A DNA stretch of 64,000 nucleotides, from sequence record OR896157.1. One strand, 5' to 3'. The position numbers and the translations under genes are program-made. Source of the DNA: a phage. Under the pieces are notes generated by a model. The model did no database searches. It saw nothing but the letters and a program-made list of their open reading frames with translations, and had not been told where the DNA came from. This document shows, one piece after another, positions 43,471 through 51,658 of the stretch; within the stretch, counting starts at the first letter, position 1; every line of letters starts with the position of its first letter.

Positions 43471-43941
43471 TTACAGAGTCTCCAATACAGTTTTAACTTT
43501 AGCTTCAGCAACTTGTTTAACAACCAGAACACGAACACCTTCAACTGCATTACGAATTTGCTTTTGAGCTGCTTGGTTGGCTTCCTCTTCAGTGTAAGGA
43601 CCAACGCAGAAAGGCTGTTGAGAGCGATTAGTTGGAATAGTCATCATCCAGAAATCTTTTGCATCAGACTCTGTTGGTTTAACTTCTTCAAGGTACTTGT
43701 GAACATCAGTAGCCAAGAAGAAGCACCATACTATATTGAATACACCAACATTAGCATGATGAAGTTTACCATCAACATCGATTGCAATGATATTTCCACC
43801 ACTATCAACCTTTTTGACTGTGAATGGAGTTAGTCCATTATTCAACAGCTTAAGAAGTTCTTCAGAATAAGAACTTCCGCGATTTTTAAGACTACCAATA
43901 CCAGTTTCAGTCAACTTAAACTCTTTATCAACAATACACAT
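43471..43941 (-). CDS. hypothetical protein
   Basis: 156 aa from ATG (MCIVDKEF...) with GAGGAAA Shine-Dalgarno just downstream of a tetraloop hairpin. Confidence 0.6.
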   Translation of the reverse strand: MCIVDKEFKLTETGIGSLKNRGSSYSEELLKLLNNGLTPFTVKKVDSGGNIIAIDVDGKLHHANVGVFNIVWCFFLATDVHKYLEEVKPTESDAKDFWMMTIPTNRSQQPFCVGPYTEEEANQAAQKQIRNAVEGVRVLVVKQVAEAKVKTVLETL

Positions 43942-43960
43942 AACTATTTCCTCAAGTAGA

Positions 43961-43974
43961 GGGCCCGAAGGCCC
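43961..43974 (-). terminator. GGGCC-UUCG-GGCCC hairpin
   Basis: Perfect stem between two minus-strand ORFs. Confidence 0.5.
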
Positions 43975-43979
43975 TAAAT

Positions 43980-44342
43980 TTAGATTACGAATTCGTTTGA
44001 AACGATATCCCAAATTGCTTCACGCTGTTCTTCAGTTGTTTTCTGACCAAGAACGTGACGCAGATAAAGTTTAACCAGAAGTTTGCGATTGTCTCCGTTC
44101 CAAGAAGGATGAGTTCCTAAATCGCGTTTACGGTGGTCATCATGAAAACCAACAGAAATGACTGAACCTTTGAGTTTAACATCTAAAGTTGGGCCATTTT
44201 CAAAACTGATGAAGACGTAGTTATCTTCCCAGTACATATCGATTTGAGCAACTGTGCCATTTTTATGTTCCCAGAGTAAAGTTGTTGAAACGTCCCATGC
44301 ATTATCTTGAACGTATTTCTTTTTGAAGTTAGTGTAATCCAT
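43980..44342 (-). CDS. hypothetical early protein
   Basis: 120 aa from ATG (MDYTNFKKKYV...) with GGAG Shine-Dalgarno, downstream of a conserved early promoter. Confidence 0.6.
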   Translation of the reverse strand: MDYTNFKKKYVQDNAWDVSTTLLWEHKNGTVAQIDMYWEDNYVFISFENGPTLDVKLKGSVISVGFHDDHRKRDLGTHPSWNGDNRKLLVKLYLRHVLGQKTTEEQREAIWDIVSNEFVI

Positions 44343-44380
44343 TTTGTTCTCCGTTGTATCTGTTTGTTTATTGAGTTTAT

Positions 44381-44410
44381 ATACTAACACATACAACGGA
44401 GGATGTAAAC
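44381..44410 (-). promoter_or_regulatory. T4-type early promoter
   Basis: Minus strand GTTTAC-N14-GTGT-TAGTAT. Confidence 0.5.
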
Positions 44411-44413
44411 GGT

Positions 44414-44941
44414 TTAGTTCACTTCTGTGAAAATTGTTTGAGGAACGTACTCGGTTTTGGCAGTTGCAATCATCTTCATAATGATAGCTTTACCTTCAAT
44501 GTTTTTACGCAAGAACGACTTGCACGCATCATGAGCTTCTTCAGATGTCATAAGAATAGCTATGGAACGCTCGTCCCCTACTTGGTCCAGATTCAACCAA
44601 ACGTTTTCTTTCTTAGTCTGGCCTAAAGCTACATACATCACTTCAACGGTCTTTTCTTCAACCTCAACCTCAACCAGGAAATTTCTGACTTCAGTGCCGG
44701 TGAACCAAGGACATGAATCACCATTCATACCGTCAATTTCAGCACCTTTTGGGCTTATCCAGCTTTCATTTTCAAATCGGATAAGACCTACAGAACCACT
44801 TGCAATAGCTTCGCCTTTTGCAATGTAAAAAGACTTATCACCGATATACTCAGCAATAAGCTGATTCACTCTCTGATTACAGCCTTCGGTGGATTTTAAA
44901 AAGCCTTCTTTTTCTAAGCGGTACAGAACATCACTTTTCAT
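44414..44941 (-). CDS. hypothetical protein
   Basis: 175-aa ORF with GAGGAAA Shine-Dalgarno. Confidence 0.6.
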   Translation of the reverse strand: MKSDVLYRLEKEGFLKSTEGCNQRVNQLIAEYIGDKSFYIAKGEAIASGSVGLIRFENESWISPKGAEIDGMNGDSCPWFTGTEVRNFLVEVEVEEKTVEVMYVALGQTKKENVWLNLDQVGDERSIAILMTSEEAHDACKSFLRKNIEGKAIIMKMIATAKTEYVPQTIFTEVN

Positions 44942-44953
44942 AGTTTCCTCATA

Positions 44954-44967
44954 AGGCCCGAAGGCCT
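44954..44967 (-). terminator. AGGCC-UUCG-GGCCU hairpin
   Basis: Perfect stem between two minus-strand ORFs. Confidence 0.45.
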
Positions 44968-45340
44968 AGAACATTTTACGTTCGGTCCAGTTATCAAGAT
45001 TAACTGTACCAGTTTTCTTCATTTTTTCAATCAAGTTATCTGCACGAGTGCGTCCATTTTCATACCACACTACATCTTCAGAATAACCATCTTCGTCTTC
45101 ATAAGTTTCAGAACGAATATGACCATGAATGCTTGTTTTCAAAACGTATTCAGTGCCGGTGAACCAATTAGTCAGAATAATGTACCAGCAGAAATCAGTA
45201 GATGGACCTTCAGGAGTCATGCAGTGAACTACATCTCCTTGCCACGAAGACAGATGCCACATTGGCTCTTCTACTTCGATTGCTTTGTATCCATCGTGGT
45301 CTTTCGTTTTGATAGTAGCATTCAGATTAATTGTGTTCAT
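44966..45340 (-). CDS. hypothetical early protein
   Basis: 124 aa from ATG (MNTINLNATIK...) with GGAG Shine-Dalgarno downstream of a conserved early promoter; earlier start-like codons fall inside the promoter. Confidence 0.6.
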   Translation of the reverse strand: MNTINLNATIKTKDHDGYKAIEVEEPMWHLSSWQGDVVHCMTPEGPSTDFCWYIILTNWFTGTEYVLKTSIHGHIRSETYEDEDGYSEDVVWYENGRTRADNLIEKMKKTGTVNLDNWTERKMF

Positions 45341-45376
45341 TTTATTCTCCGTTACCATATTGGTTATTGAGATTCT

Positions 45377-45406
45377 ATCATAACACAACTTTTGGCAGAT
45401 GTAAAC
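45377..45406 (-). promoter_or_regulatory. T4-type early promoter
   Basis: Minus strand GTTTAC-N14-GTGT-TATGAT. Confidence 0.5.
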
Positions 45407-45408
45407 GG

Positions 45409-45612
45409 TTAGAGTTTTTCGCAACTATGGTATTCAGCATCTGCCCAAATGCCGAATGCTGGCAATGATTCTAGCATTGAGTTTCCAACTTCAATTGGGT
45501 CTTCCCACGGCCAAAGTGTAGCAATCTTTTCATAGAAAAAGACTGAATCCATATGTGAATATTCTGCAGGGTATTCTGATATAACTTTGAAAATAAATTT
45601 ACGTTTAAACAT
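45409..45612 (-). CDS. hypothetical protein
   Basis: 67 aa from ATG (MFKRKFIF...) with GAGG Shine-Dalgarno. Confidence 0.5.
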   Translation of the reverse strand: MFKRKFIFKVISEYPAEYSHMDSVFFYEKIATLWPWEDPIEVGNSMLESLPAFGIWADAEYHSCEKL

Positions 45613-45634
45613 ATGAACCTCTGGATGCAAAAAA

Positions 45635-45654
45635 GGGACTCCCGAAGGAGTCCC
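45635..45654 (-). terminator. GGGACUCC-UUCG-GGAGUCCC hairpin
   Basis: Perfect 8-bp stem with UUCG loop on the minus transcript. Confidence 0.5.
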
Positions 45655-45665
45655 GAACTTATGCT

Positions 45666-45845
45666 TTATGCTTTCTTACGTGGATTACCAAATGCAGCAT
45701 CATGAGCAATAACTTTGCGAGCGCGAGATGCTAGCTGGTCAGCCAATGGATTAATACGAGAGTTAGACCCACGCTTGTAGCCAGCGCGTTTAGAGGTACC
45801 AACAACTTCTTTTACTGCAGTTTTTGCTTTAGCTTGTTTAGCCAT
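45666..45845 (-). CDS. small highly basic protein (30.9-like position)
   Basis: 59 aa from internal ATG: MAKQAKAKTAVKEVVGTSKRAGYKRGSNSRINPLADQLASRARKVIAHDAAFGNPRKKA. Confidence 0.5.
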   Translation of the reverse strand: MAKQAKAKTAVKEVVGTSKRAGYKRGSNSRINPLADQLASRARKVIAHDAAFGNPRKKA

Positions 45846-46162
45846 TTTTAGTCTTCCATTTTGGAGAAATACATGGGAGCACGTTCTTCCGAGTTTCAAC
45901 TTCTTTCGACAGTTCTTTCGGTTGTAGCTCCCGCAAGCCCTCAAAGGGTACTTTGTGAGTTTTGTATATTTAACGTTCCGGTTCTCACAACCTTAACTTC
46001 ATACGCTCTTATCTGTTGCACACCGTTAGCTTAAAGGTTCCGGGTCCGATTTCTCGAGGATAAGATATACACTGATGGATGCATAGGCCTTGAGGCGTAC
46101 TCCCGATTGGCCATCACCTCGGGGTAGCATGCACTTGCCGCGTAACTTGCCTTACAGCAACA

Positions 46163-46417
46163 TTACTTCAGAGTCACTACGAAATGACGAACCGCTTTAC
46201 GAGCTGCTGAACACAGAGGTTTAGCAAACTTCAGCTCATCTTTCAGAGCAAGTACATCGCGGAGGTCTGCCTGAACAGGATTCAGATGTTTGAAACCTTT
46301 CAGAACTTCCAGTGCTTCGGCGTAAACGTCGATTGATGCACCGTAGTTATCGTGACCTGCGTTCCAGGAGTTGCGCTGCAGATGCAGAGCGTGTTCAAGT
46401 TGTTTGTTCATTGACAT
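46163..46417 (-). CDS. rIII: rIII lysis-inhibition accessory protein
   Basis: 84 aa from internal ATG with GAGGAA Shine-Dalgarno; position next to gene 31 and size as in T4 (82 aa). Confidence 0.8.
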   Translation of the reverse strand: MSMNKQLEHALHLQRNSWNAGHDNYGASIDVYAEALEVLKGFKHLNPVQADLRDVLALKDELKFAKPLCSAARKAVRHFVVTLK

Positions 46418-46534
46418 TATGTCATTCCTCAATACGAGGTTAATAAAAGGTAGACGGTACCAGAATTTAAGCTGCGCGTCTACCACCTTGTAATTTCTCC
46501 GGTTAACTTTTGTCCGGCAGCCAAATTACAATAA

Positions 46535-46542
46535 TATTTATA
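46535..46542 (-). promoter_or_regulatory. late promoter box TATAAATA (minus strand) downstream of gene 31, upstream of rIII
   Basis: Reverse complement of tatttata immediately after gene 31 stop. Confidence 0.45.
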
Positions 46543-46866
46543 TCACCCGTAGATGCACGGAATTGACTTCCAATGACAAGTAACAAATTTCTGTGCAATT
46601 TCTTTTGGTTTTTTCATACCAGCAGCGACAAGCGGATGAGGTACATTACGAATCTGACCAGTTGGCAGCGGCACTAACATACCGACTTCGAAAATACCTT
46701 CAGGAACATCCGCGCCGATTGAATAGATTTCACACATATCAGGGATTTGTCCGGTTTCTTGTTTGCCGATAACAATACCGCCAGAAGAAACGATTTCATC
46801 ACCTTGCTGAGGAGGTTCAGAAACCAAGATAACATGTTCGCCGATAGCTTTAATTGGTAAATCCAT
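46543..46866 (-). CDS. 31: co-chaperonin gp31 (GroES analogue)
   Basis: [16 protein letters not shown]...GQIRNVPHP...[14 protein letters not shown] closely matches T4 gp31; start is either this ATG or one 24 nt upstream (46890). Confidence 0.88.
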   Translation of the reverse strand: MDLPIKAIGEHVILVSEPPQQGDEIVSSGGIVIGKQETGQIPDMCEIYSIGADVPEGIFEVGMLVPLPTGQIRNVPHPLVAAGMKKPKEIAQKFVTCHWKSIPCIYG

Positions 46867-46922
46867 TGTTACACCTTGTTGTTTGAGCATGAAATAATAT
46901 TATCATGCTCATATTTAAGCAA

Positions 46923-47252
46923 TTAACCTTTAACCTGAACCAGTTTCAGCAGATGCTCTACTTTAACACCATTTACTGAAACGATAGAATCTAGTTTGAA
47001 TGAACGCCATGCGTGTTTTTCAGTGTCCCACACTGGAATAGCTTCAGTAGATTCTTTACGAGACACCTGAGAGCCAACGCTTTCAACCAAGTCGCTTGGA
47101 ATGATGTCATGGTCACGAGTACAACGCAGAGAACGGATAGTACCGTCTACTTTCTCAAATACTACTTGAGATTCGCCACGAGCCAGAATTGGTTTCAGAG
47201 TATCACGAATTTGTACTTTTTCAGCTTCAGTCAGTTTAGTTTTCTTAGTCAT
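46923..47252 (-). CDS. hypothetical protein (31.1-like position)
   Basis: 109 aa from internal ATG; start overlaps cd stop by 8 nt. Confidence 0.5.
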   Translation of the reverse strand: MTKKTKLTEAEKVQIRDTLKPILARGESQVVFEKVDGTIRSLRCTRDHDIIPSDLVESVGSQVSRKESTEAIPVWDTEKHAWRSFKLDSIVSVNGVKVEHLLKLVQVKG

Positions 47253-47811
47253 TTTCAACACCACAGTAGTTTTCAACATTATACCAATTGAGTTTATTCA
47301 AGTTCGTCTTAGGAACATGATGAATCTCAATACCAGCATCGCGGAGGATGTTATCCCAACCGTCGGCATTTTTATCGTATGTTTCACAATATACGAGTTT
47401 CTTAATTCCAGATTGAGCAATAGCTTTGGCGCAGTCTGGGCATGGTGAAAGTGTAACGTACATCGTAGCGCCTTCAATTGAAGAACCATTACGTGCTGCG
47501 AACAGAATAGCATTCAATTCAGCATGTATTTCGTTAATTTTCGACCACTTAGAATGTTCAGCTCGGAATTTAGTGTCTAATCCATATTTTGGAATTGGTC
47601 CATCTTGACGAAGACCACTTCCAGGTTTCTTAACTAACCACCCTTTATCTTCGGCATGGTCACAGCAGTTAACTCCACCGGCAGGAGAACCATTATAGCC
47701 GGTAGAAATGATACGACCATTTTTCTCAATAACTGCACCGACTTTCCAGGAGCAGCATTTCGATTCTTGGGAAATCAGATAAGCGATTTGTAAGACGGTG
47801 CTAGCTTTCAT
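47245..47811 (-). CDS. cd: dCMP deaminase
   Basis: 188 aa; zinc-binding deaminase motifs HAE and PCxxC (SPCPDCAKAI); TAATG overlap upstream. Confidence 0.93.
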   Translation of the reverse strand: MKASTVLQIAYLISQESKCCSWKVGAVIEKNGRIISTGYNGSPAGGVNCCDHAEDKGWLVKKPGSGLRQDGPIPKYGLDTKFRAEHSKWSKINEIHAELNAILFAARNGSSIEGATMYVTLSPCPDCAKAIAQSGIKKLVYCETYDKNADGWDNILRDAGIEIHHVPKTNLNKLNWYNVENYCGVEND

Positions 47812-48155
47812 TATTGAATCACCAAATAGTTTGAACGGTCAGTTTTAATCAGTGTAATTTCAGTATGAAGAGGAATAATCTCTTGTACCGTACCAGTGAT
47901 TATAAACACCCCATCTTTAAAGCGTTTCTTTCCGTCGAAGAAAACATCACCGTAAAAACGTTCACCTACGATAGGAGAAGTCTGGTCTTTAGAAGTGATA
48001 AGGATTCCATCATACCCGTCGCAAGAATTCACCAGACGGTCACACGCTAATACAGAACGAACGAATCCAACACCATCTTCAGTGAATTGAGATTTATCAC
48101 CACAAGCATTGTAATGTTCTTTTCGGACACCATCGAAGATGTCAGTTAAATTCAT
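47811..48155 (-). CDS. hypothetical protein (cd.1-like position)
   Basis: 114 aa from the ATG at the second codon of the tracked ORF; one of five small ORFs between cd and pseT as in T4. Confidence 0.55.
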   Translation of the reverse strand: MNLTDIFDGVRKEHYNACGDKSQFTEDGVGFVRSVLACDRLVNSCDGYDGILITSKDQTSPIVGERFYGDVFFDGKKRFKDGVFIITGTVQEIIPLHTEITLIKTDRSNYLVIQ

Positions 48156-48385
48156 CAAATTATATCACCTAAAACGTTAGTCATTGTAACATGTCCATAA
48201 CGGTCAAGAGTTAACAAAGCTGTTTGGTCCTTTCCATTATGAGTGATTGTAATTAAAGCTCCATTAGAAACGCGGTCAGGACGGAGCTGAACCTCAGCTC
48301 CTGGTACTTTATTTGCTAAAGCCTGCGCGAATTCTTTAAGCTTTTCCAGAAATTCAATCCGGCTAAAAGTTTTATCAGAAGTCAC
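48155..48385 (-). CDS. hypothetical protein (cd.2-like position)
   Basis: 76-aa ORF; first codon appears to be GTG and no internal ATG, so start is uncertain. Confidence 0.4.
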   Translation of the reverse strand: MTSDKTFSRIEFLEKLKEFAQALANKVPGAEVQLRPDRVSNGALITITHNGKDQTALLTLDRYGHVTMTNVLGDII

Positions 48386-48668
48386 TGTTGTCCCAGCTGT
48401 AAATTACAGAGAAGAAAATAGGGTCATCTTTATCAATGTCTAAACGGAAATCAAAAGTCATTGAATAGCTATTGAAAGATGGCGTAACTTTAAATTTAAT
48501 GCCTTTCCACAGAATTTGTAAAGCACCTACAATATCCGCATGAATTTGCGCATGAGTTGGTGCTGTTGACGGAACAAACAGAAAGTTATCTGCAACCTGA
48601 GCTACAACAACTTCAGCTACTTTACGAAAACTTGAAAGACCTGGACGTACTTCAGTATGAATTCCCAT
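48375..48668 (-). CDS. hypothetical protein (cd.3-like position)
   Basis: 97-aa ORF with TAATG overlap to upstream ORF. Confidence 0.55.
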   Translation of the reverse strand: MGIHTEVRPGLSSFRKVAEVVVAQVADNFLFVPSTAPTHAQIHADIVGALQILWKGIKFKVTPSFNSYSMTFDFRLDIDKDDPIFFSVIYSWDNSDF

Positions 48669-48886
48669 TAGTGCACCGTATGTACTTTAACGTTAACGAC
48701 AAAGTGAGTAACAACCTCACCAATTGGAACGAACTCTACATAATACTCATCTTTGTATCTAGAGTTCATATCGGTGCGAATTTGAGCAAGCTTATTGATG
48801 AGCTCAGGTGTCATATTCATACCGACGATTTCACGAAGAAGCTTGTAAGCTTCCTCTTTGACCTGTTCGTGTTTATTATACATCAT
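48668..48886 (-). CDS. hypothetical protein (cd.4-like position)
   Basis: 72-aa ORF with AAGGTG Shine-Dalgarno. Confidence 0.55.
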   Translation of the reverse strand: MMYNKHEQVKEEAYKLLREIVGMNMTPELINKLAQIRTDMNSRYKDEYYVEFVPIGEVVTHFVVNVKVHTVH

Positions 48887-48899
48887 TTCACCTTATGCA

Positions 48900-49091
48900 T
48901 TATTGACGATACCATGGAAGCATGAGCTTAGTTTTCTTTACAGTAAAATTTAGCTCTGGATTGGTTTTACGAGCTTTCAAACATACTTCCCAAGCCGAAC
49001 CTTCATCCATATACGCGCAATACTGTTTTTCAAATACAACTACACAGCCTGTGCTACTATTAATGATAACCCAACATTCATGCTTACCCAT
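48900..49091 (-). CDS. hypothetical Cys-rich protein (cd.5-like position)
   Basis: 63 aa from ATG overlapping pseT stop (TAATG). Confidence 0.5.
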   Translation of the reverse strand: MGKHECWVIINSSTGCVVVFEKQYCAYMDEGSAWEVCLKARKTNPELNFTVKKTKLMLPWYRQ

Positions 49092-49978
49092 TAGAAATCT
49101 CCATGAGCAACTTGCCAACATTCAACGCCGATACGACGCCACATTTCAACTACTTGCGCTCGGTCATCTACTGCAAGCTTAATGTTATAATGAGGAGCAA
49201 TATCGCGCCAGAAGATTTCTTCTTTTACGATATCATCTTTACGAGAATCGCCCTGCTGACGCTGCCAATGCCCATGAGTTTCACCGACATGGTCTAATAC
49301 CCATTTCTGAGTCATGCGACGATAAACAGTTTCATCTTCTTTTGTACCAGATTCGCGCCCAGATACAGTAAGAATTTTAAACCCTTTCTGCCGAAGCATT
49401 TTCAGGAGTTCAATAACCATTTCTTTTGGAGCATCTTCAGCACATTTATCAAGGTCAAATGGTGAACGATGATGGTTATCTGCAAGAGTTCCATCAAGGT
49501 CAAAGATAACCGCTTTTGGTTTAGACAAATCAGGAACGTAAACTTTCTCAACTTCCATCAGCGCATAAAAATGGCGCAGAACATCAATCGGAACTGCTTT
49601 ATCACCACGATATTGGTTGCGCTTAACCAGTTCAGTCCAAGGAACATGGAAGTCCTGGAAAGACATTTCATACAGACCTTTGAAACGAAGTTCCCACTTC
49701 TCGACGGTTTTAGGGTTCAAGTTAGTGTCGCAGACGATAACACCTTTGGTGTGTTCAAGGTCAAGCAGAGACACTGCAGCAGAAATTTGAGCAGCTGTTA
49801 CTGCACGCTCTTTATGCTTAGAATATTTGTAAGCATTGCGAGCATCAAGGCCAAACAGCTTTTCACGGAAATCATCACGAGACAGAATGTACCAACCAGG
49901 ATTTTTAGCGACATATTCATTTGCCCAAGTTGACTTTCCACAACCCGGCGCACCACGAGTCAAAATAATCTTTTTCAT
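49091..49978 (-). CDS. pseT: polynucleotide 5'-kinase / 3'-phosphatase
   Basis: MKKIILTRGAPGCGKSTWA P-loop N-terminus and DxDGT phosphatase motif (VIFDLDGTLA) as in T4 Pnk; 295 aa. Confidence 0.96.
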   Translation of the reverse strand: MKKIILTRGAPGCGKSTWANEYVAKNPGWYILSRDDFREKLFGLDARNAYKYSKHKERAVTAAQISAAVSLLDLEHTKGVIVCDTNLNPKTVEKWELRFKGLYEMSFQDFHVPWTELVKRNQYRGDKAVPIDVLRHFYALMEVEKVYVPDLSKPKAVIFDLDGTLADNHHRSPFDLDKCAEDAPKEMVIELLKMLRQKGFKILTVSGRESGTKEDETVYRRMTQKWVLDHVGETHGHWQRQQGDSRKDDIVKEEIFWRDIAPHYNIKLAVDDRAQVVEMWRRIGVECWQVAHGDF

Positions 49979-50316
49979 TCAAGTTCCTTTACAAAATCAT
50001 TAAGGTCGGATTTAGACTTATTATAATCTTCCAGAGTTTTAGCTAACCATTCTTCTTTGCGGCTGTTTAGTAGAGCAGATATATACGAGCCTTGAGCAAA
50101 CACATGATTACACATTAAACTCGTCATGCGATTAGATAAAGAAATTGACCCACGGGATTCAATAGCTCTACGTAAATTTGCTCCAGCTTCGTCTAAGTCT
50201 CGAGCAATGCTTTCAAGTTCTTGATCTGCGCGAACTGAACCATCATCTACACGAAGCCCATACGAATAAGCATATGAAGCTTTGCGATATTTTTCGAGTA
50301 GAATTTTAATGGGCAT
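49975..50316 (-). CDS. hypothetical protein (pseT.1-like position)
   Basis: 113 aa from ATG (MPIKILLEKY...) with GAGGAAA Shine-Dalgarno after a tetraloop hairpin. Confidence 0.55.
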   Translation of the reverse strand: MPIKILLEKYRKASYAYSYGLRVDDGSVRADQELESIARDLDEAGANLRRAIESRGSISLSNRMTSLMCNHVFAQGSYISALLNSRKEEWLAKTLEDYNKSKSDLNDFVKELE

Positions 50317-50347
50317 TAGCAATTTCCTCAAAGTTTATTATCCCGAT

Positions 50348-50363
50348 GAGGCCCGAAGGCCTC
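50348..50363 (-). terminator. GAGGCC-UUCG-GGCCUC hairpin
   Basis: Perfect 6-bp stem with UUCG loop on the minus transcript. Confidence 0.45.
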
Positions 50364-50445
50364 AATTAAAACGTAACGACAATTACGAGAACTGCGGAGC
50401 ATACAATTGCAGCGATGAACAGACCAAAACAAAACAGCTTTGCAC

Positions 50446-50748
50446 CTAACGTGAATTTACGCATTTTGGTTCCTTTAATTCGGAGCGATAGTAACATATC
50501 ATACCATTAGCATCTTTGGTATAACGAAGAACATCATTCAACCAAATTCTAAACTCCTGAGAATCAGAATAGGGCATTCCTACAAACGGACGACCATCAA
50601 CTTCAACGATAGTCCAATGTCCATTCCAAGTCTTAATTTGGTCAGGCCAAGATGGATGCACTGCCGTTGGCTGGGGTAACTCTGGTGTCTTCTGGGAACA
50701 TCCAGCCAATAGTCCAATTGATAATACAGCGGCTACTAAGAGTTTCAC
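50446..50748 (-). CDS. outer-membrane lipoprotein, probable o-spanin (pseT.2-like)
   Basis: Signal peptide with lipobox LLAGC; first codon appears to be GTG overlapping the upstream stop (GTGA) with GGAGG Shine-Dalgarno; T4 pseT.2/pseT.3 are the spanin pair. Confidence 0.65.
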   Translation of the reverse strand: MKLLVAAVLSIGLLAGCSQKTPELPQPTAVHPSWPDQIKTWNGHWTIVEVDGRPFVGMPYSDSQEFRIWLNDVLRYTKDANGMICYYRSELKEPKCVNSR

Positions 50749-51101
50749 TTGGTGGCCTCCTGGAACTCTAGAGTCAATTTGTTGAAAGACTCATTTAACT
50801 GTTTTTCAACCAGCTTAGGCTTAGCTTTGACCACGTGCTCGCGTTTAGCATCTTTAGCCATTTTAGCGTCAGACTTATCAGCCTCCGCTCTGTTTTCTTT
50901 ACGTACTTCATCGTACGTATTCAAATTTTTGATATCTAGCTTCAGCTTATCAATAGCTTTATCTTGAGCTTCTGCTACCTCTTGAACTTCTTTTAGTCCA
51001 AGTTTTAAGTTATCGATTCGCATTGACTGGAATTGGATGAATCCATAAGCTGCCAGTCCTAGTGCTACTACAATAACATGTGTGTTTGTTATTTTGAACA
51101 T
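50745..51101 (-). CDS. inner-membrane coiled-coil protein, probable i-spanin (pseT.3-like)
   Basis: N-terminal hydrophobic anchor (VIVVALGLAAYGFIQF) followed by charged coiled-coil region; immediately upstream of the lipoprotein. Confidence 0.65.
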   Translation of the reverse strand: MFKITNTHVIVVALGLAAYGFIQFQSMRIDNLKLGLKEVQEVAEAQDKAIDKLKLDIKNLNTYDEVRKENRAEADKSDAKMAKDAKREHVVKAKPKLVEKQLNESFNKLTLEFQEATK

Positions 51102-51595
51102 AATTTGATGATTGCCTGTACAATATCGTCCTGAGAAAGACCATTGATAAGAATATGGTGTTCAGCAGGAGAGTTTTGAATTTTGAAGCAGGGATCCACC
51201 ATCTCTGCCATTTCAGAAGCAGACAGACGAGGATTTGAAACACCCAGACGATGCTTTCCATAGATTGGGTCTACAATGATGTAGCACTTACAACCATTTA
51301 CATGAACGTTTGGTTGGGAAATGTTAATCATCACTTCTGCACCGTACTTGGTCAGATGATTATCTAAGAAGCTGCGCATTTCTTCTACTGCTTCAGGCAT
51401 CTTCTCAGCGCGTTCTTCATTTACGCGGTTGCTATATTCTTTACGAGCCTTTTGACGCTTTTGGTCGCGAGAGTAAGCTACACGTAAATCTGTGATGTAA
51501 CCCAGAGGACGAGAATTTTTGAAAATACGAATCCCGTCATGATGAGTGCCACCGTAAATTTCTATTAGTTCTTCAGCAGTGATTAAGTTCAGCAT
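51089..51595 (-). CDS. alc: probable Alc (host transcription unfolding/termination protein)
   Basis: 168 aa vs 167 in T4 at the identical position between pseT.3 and rnlA; downstream of a conserved early promoter; function by synteny. Confidence 0.6.
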   Translation of the reverse strand: MLNLITAEELIEIYGGTHHDGIRIFKNSRPLGYITDLRVAYSRDQKRQKARKEYSNRVNEERAEKMPEAVEEMRSFLDNHLTKYGAEVMINISQPNVHVNGCKCYIIVDPIYGKHRLGVSNPRLSASEMAEMVDPCFKIQNSPAEHHILINGLSQDDIVQAIIKLCSK

Positions 51596-51626
51596 TTCGT
51601 TTTCTCCATTTGGTTAGTGTAGAGAC

Positions 51627-51656
51627 ATAGTAACACAACCAAATGGAGATGTAAAC
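51627..51656 (-). promoter_or_regulatory. T4-type early promoter upstream of alc
   Basis: Minus strand GTTTAC-N14-GTGT-TACTAT followed by GGAG Shine-Dalgarno and alc ATG. Confidence 0.55.
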
Positions 51657-51658
51657 GG

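Noticed and set aside
43331-43567. 78-aa plus-strand ORF
   Set aside because: No Shine-Dalgarno and it overlaps the 3' end of a minus-strand ORF antisense
45980-46062. Possible tRNA in the GC-rich island (GGTTCCGGGTCC resembles a T-arm)
   Set aside because: No acceptor stem or D-arm could be built around it; the T4 tRNA cluster lies elsewhere in the genome
46867-46890. Longer gp31 start at 46890
   Set aside because: That ATG lies inside the hairpin at 46885-46910 with no Shine-Dalgarno; the ATG at 46866 has AAGGTG upstream, but the longer form is not excluded
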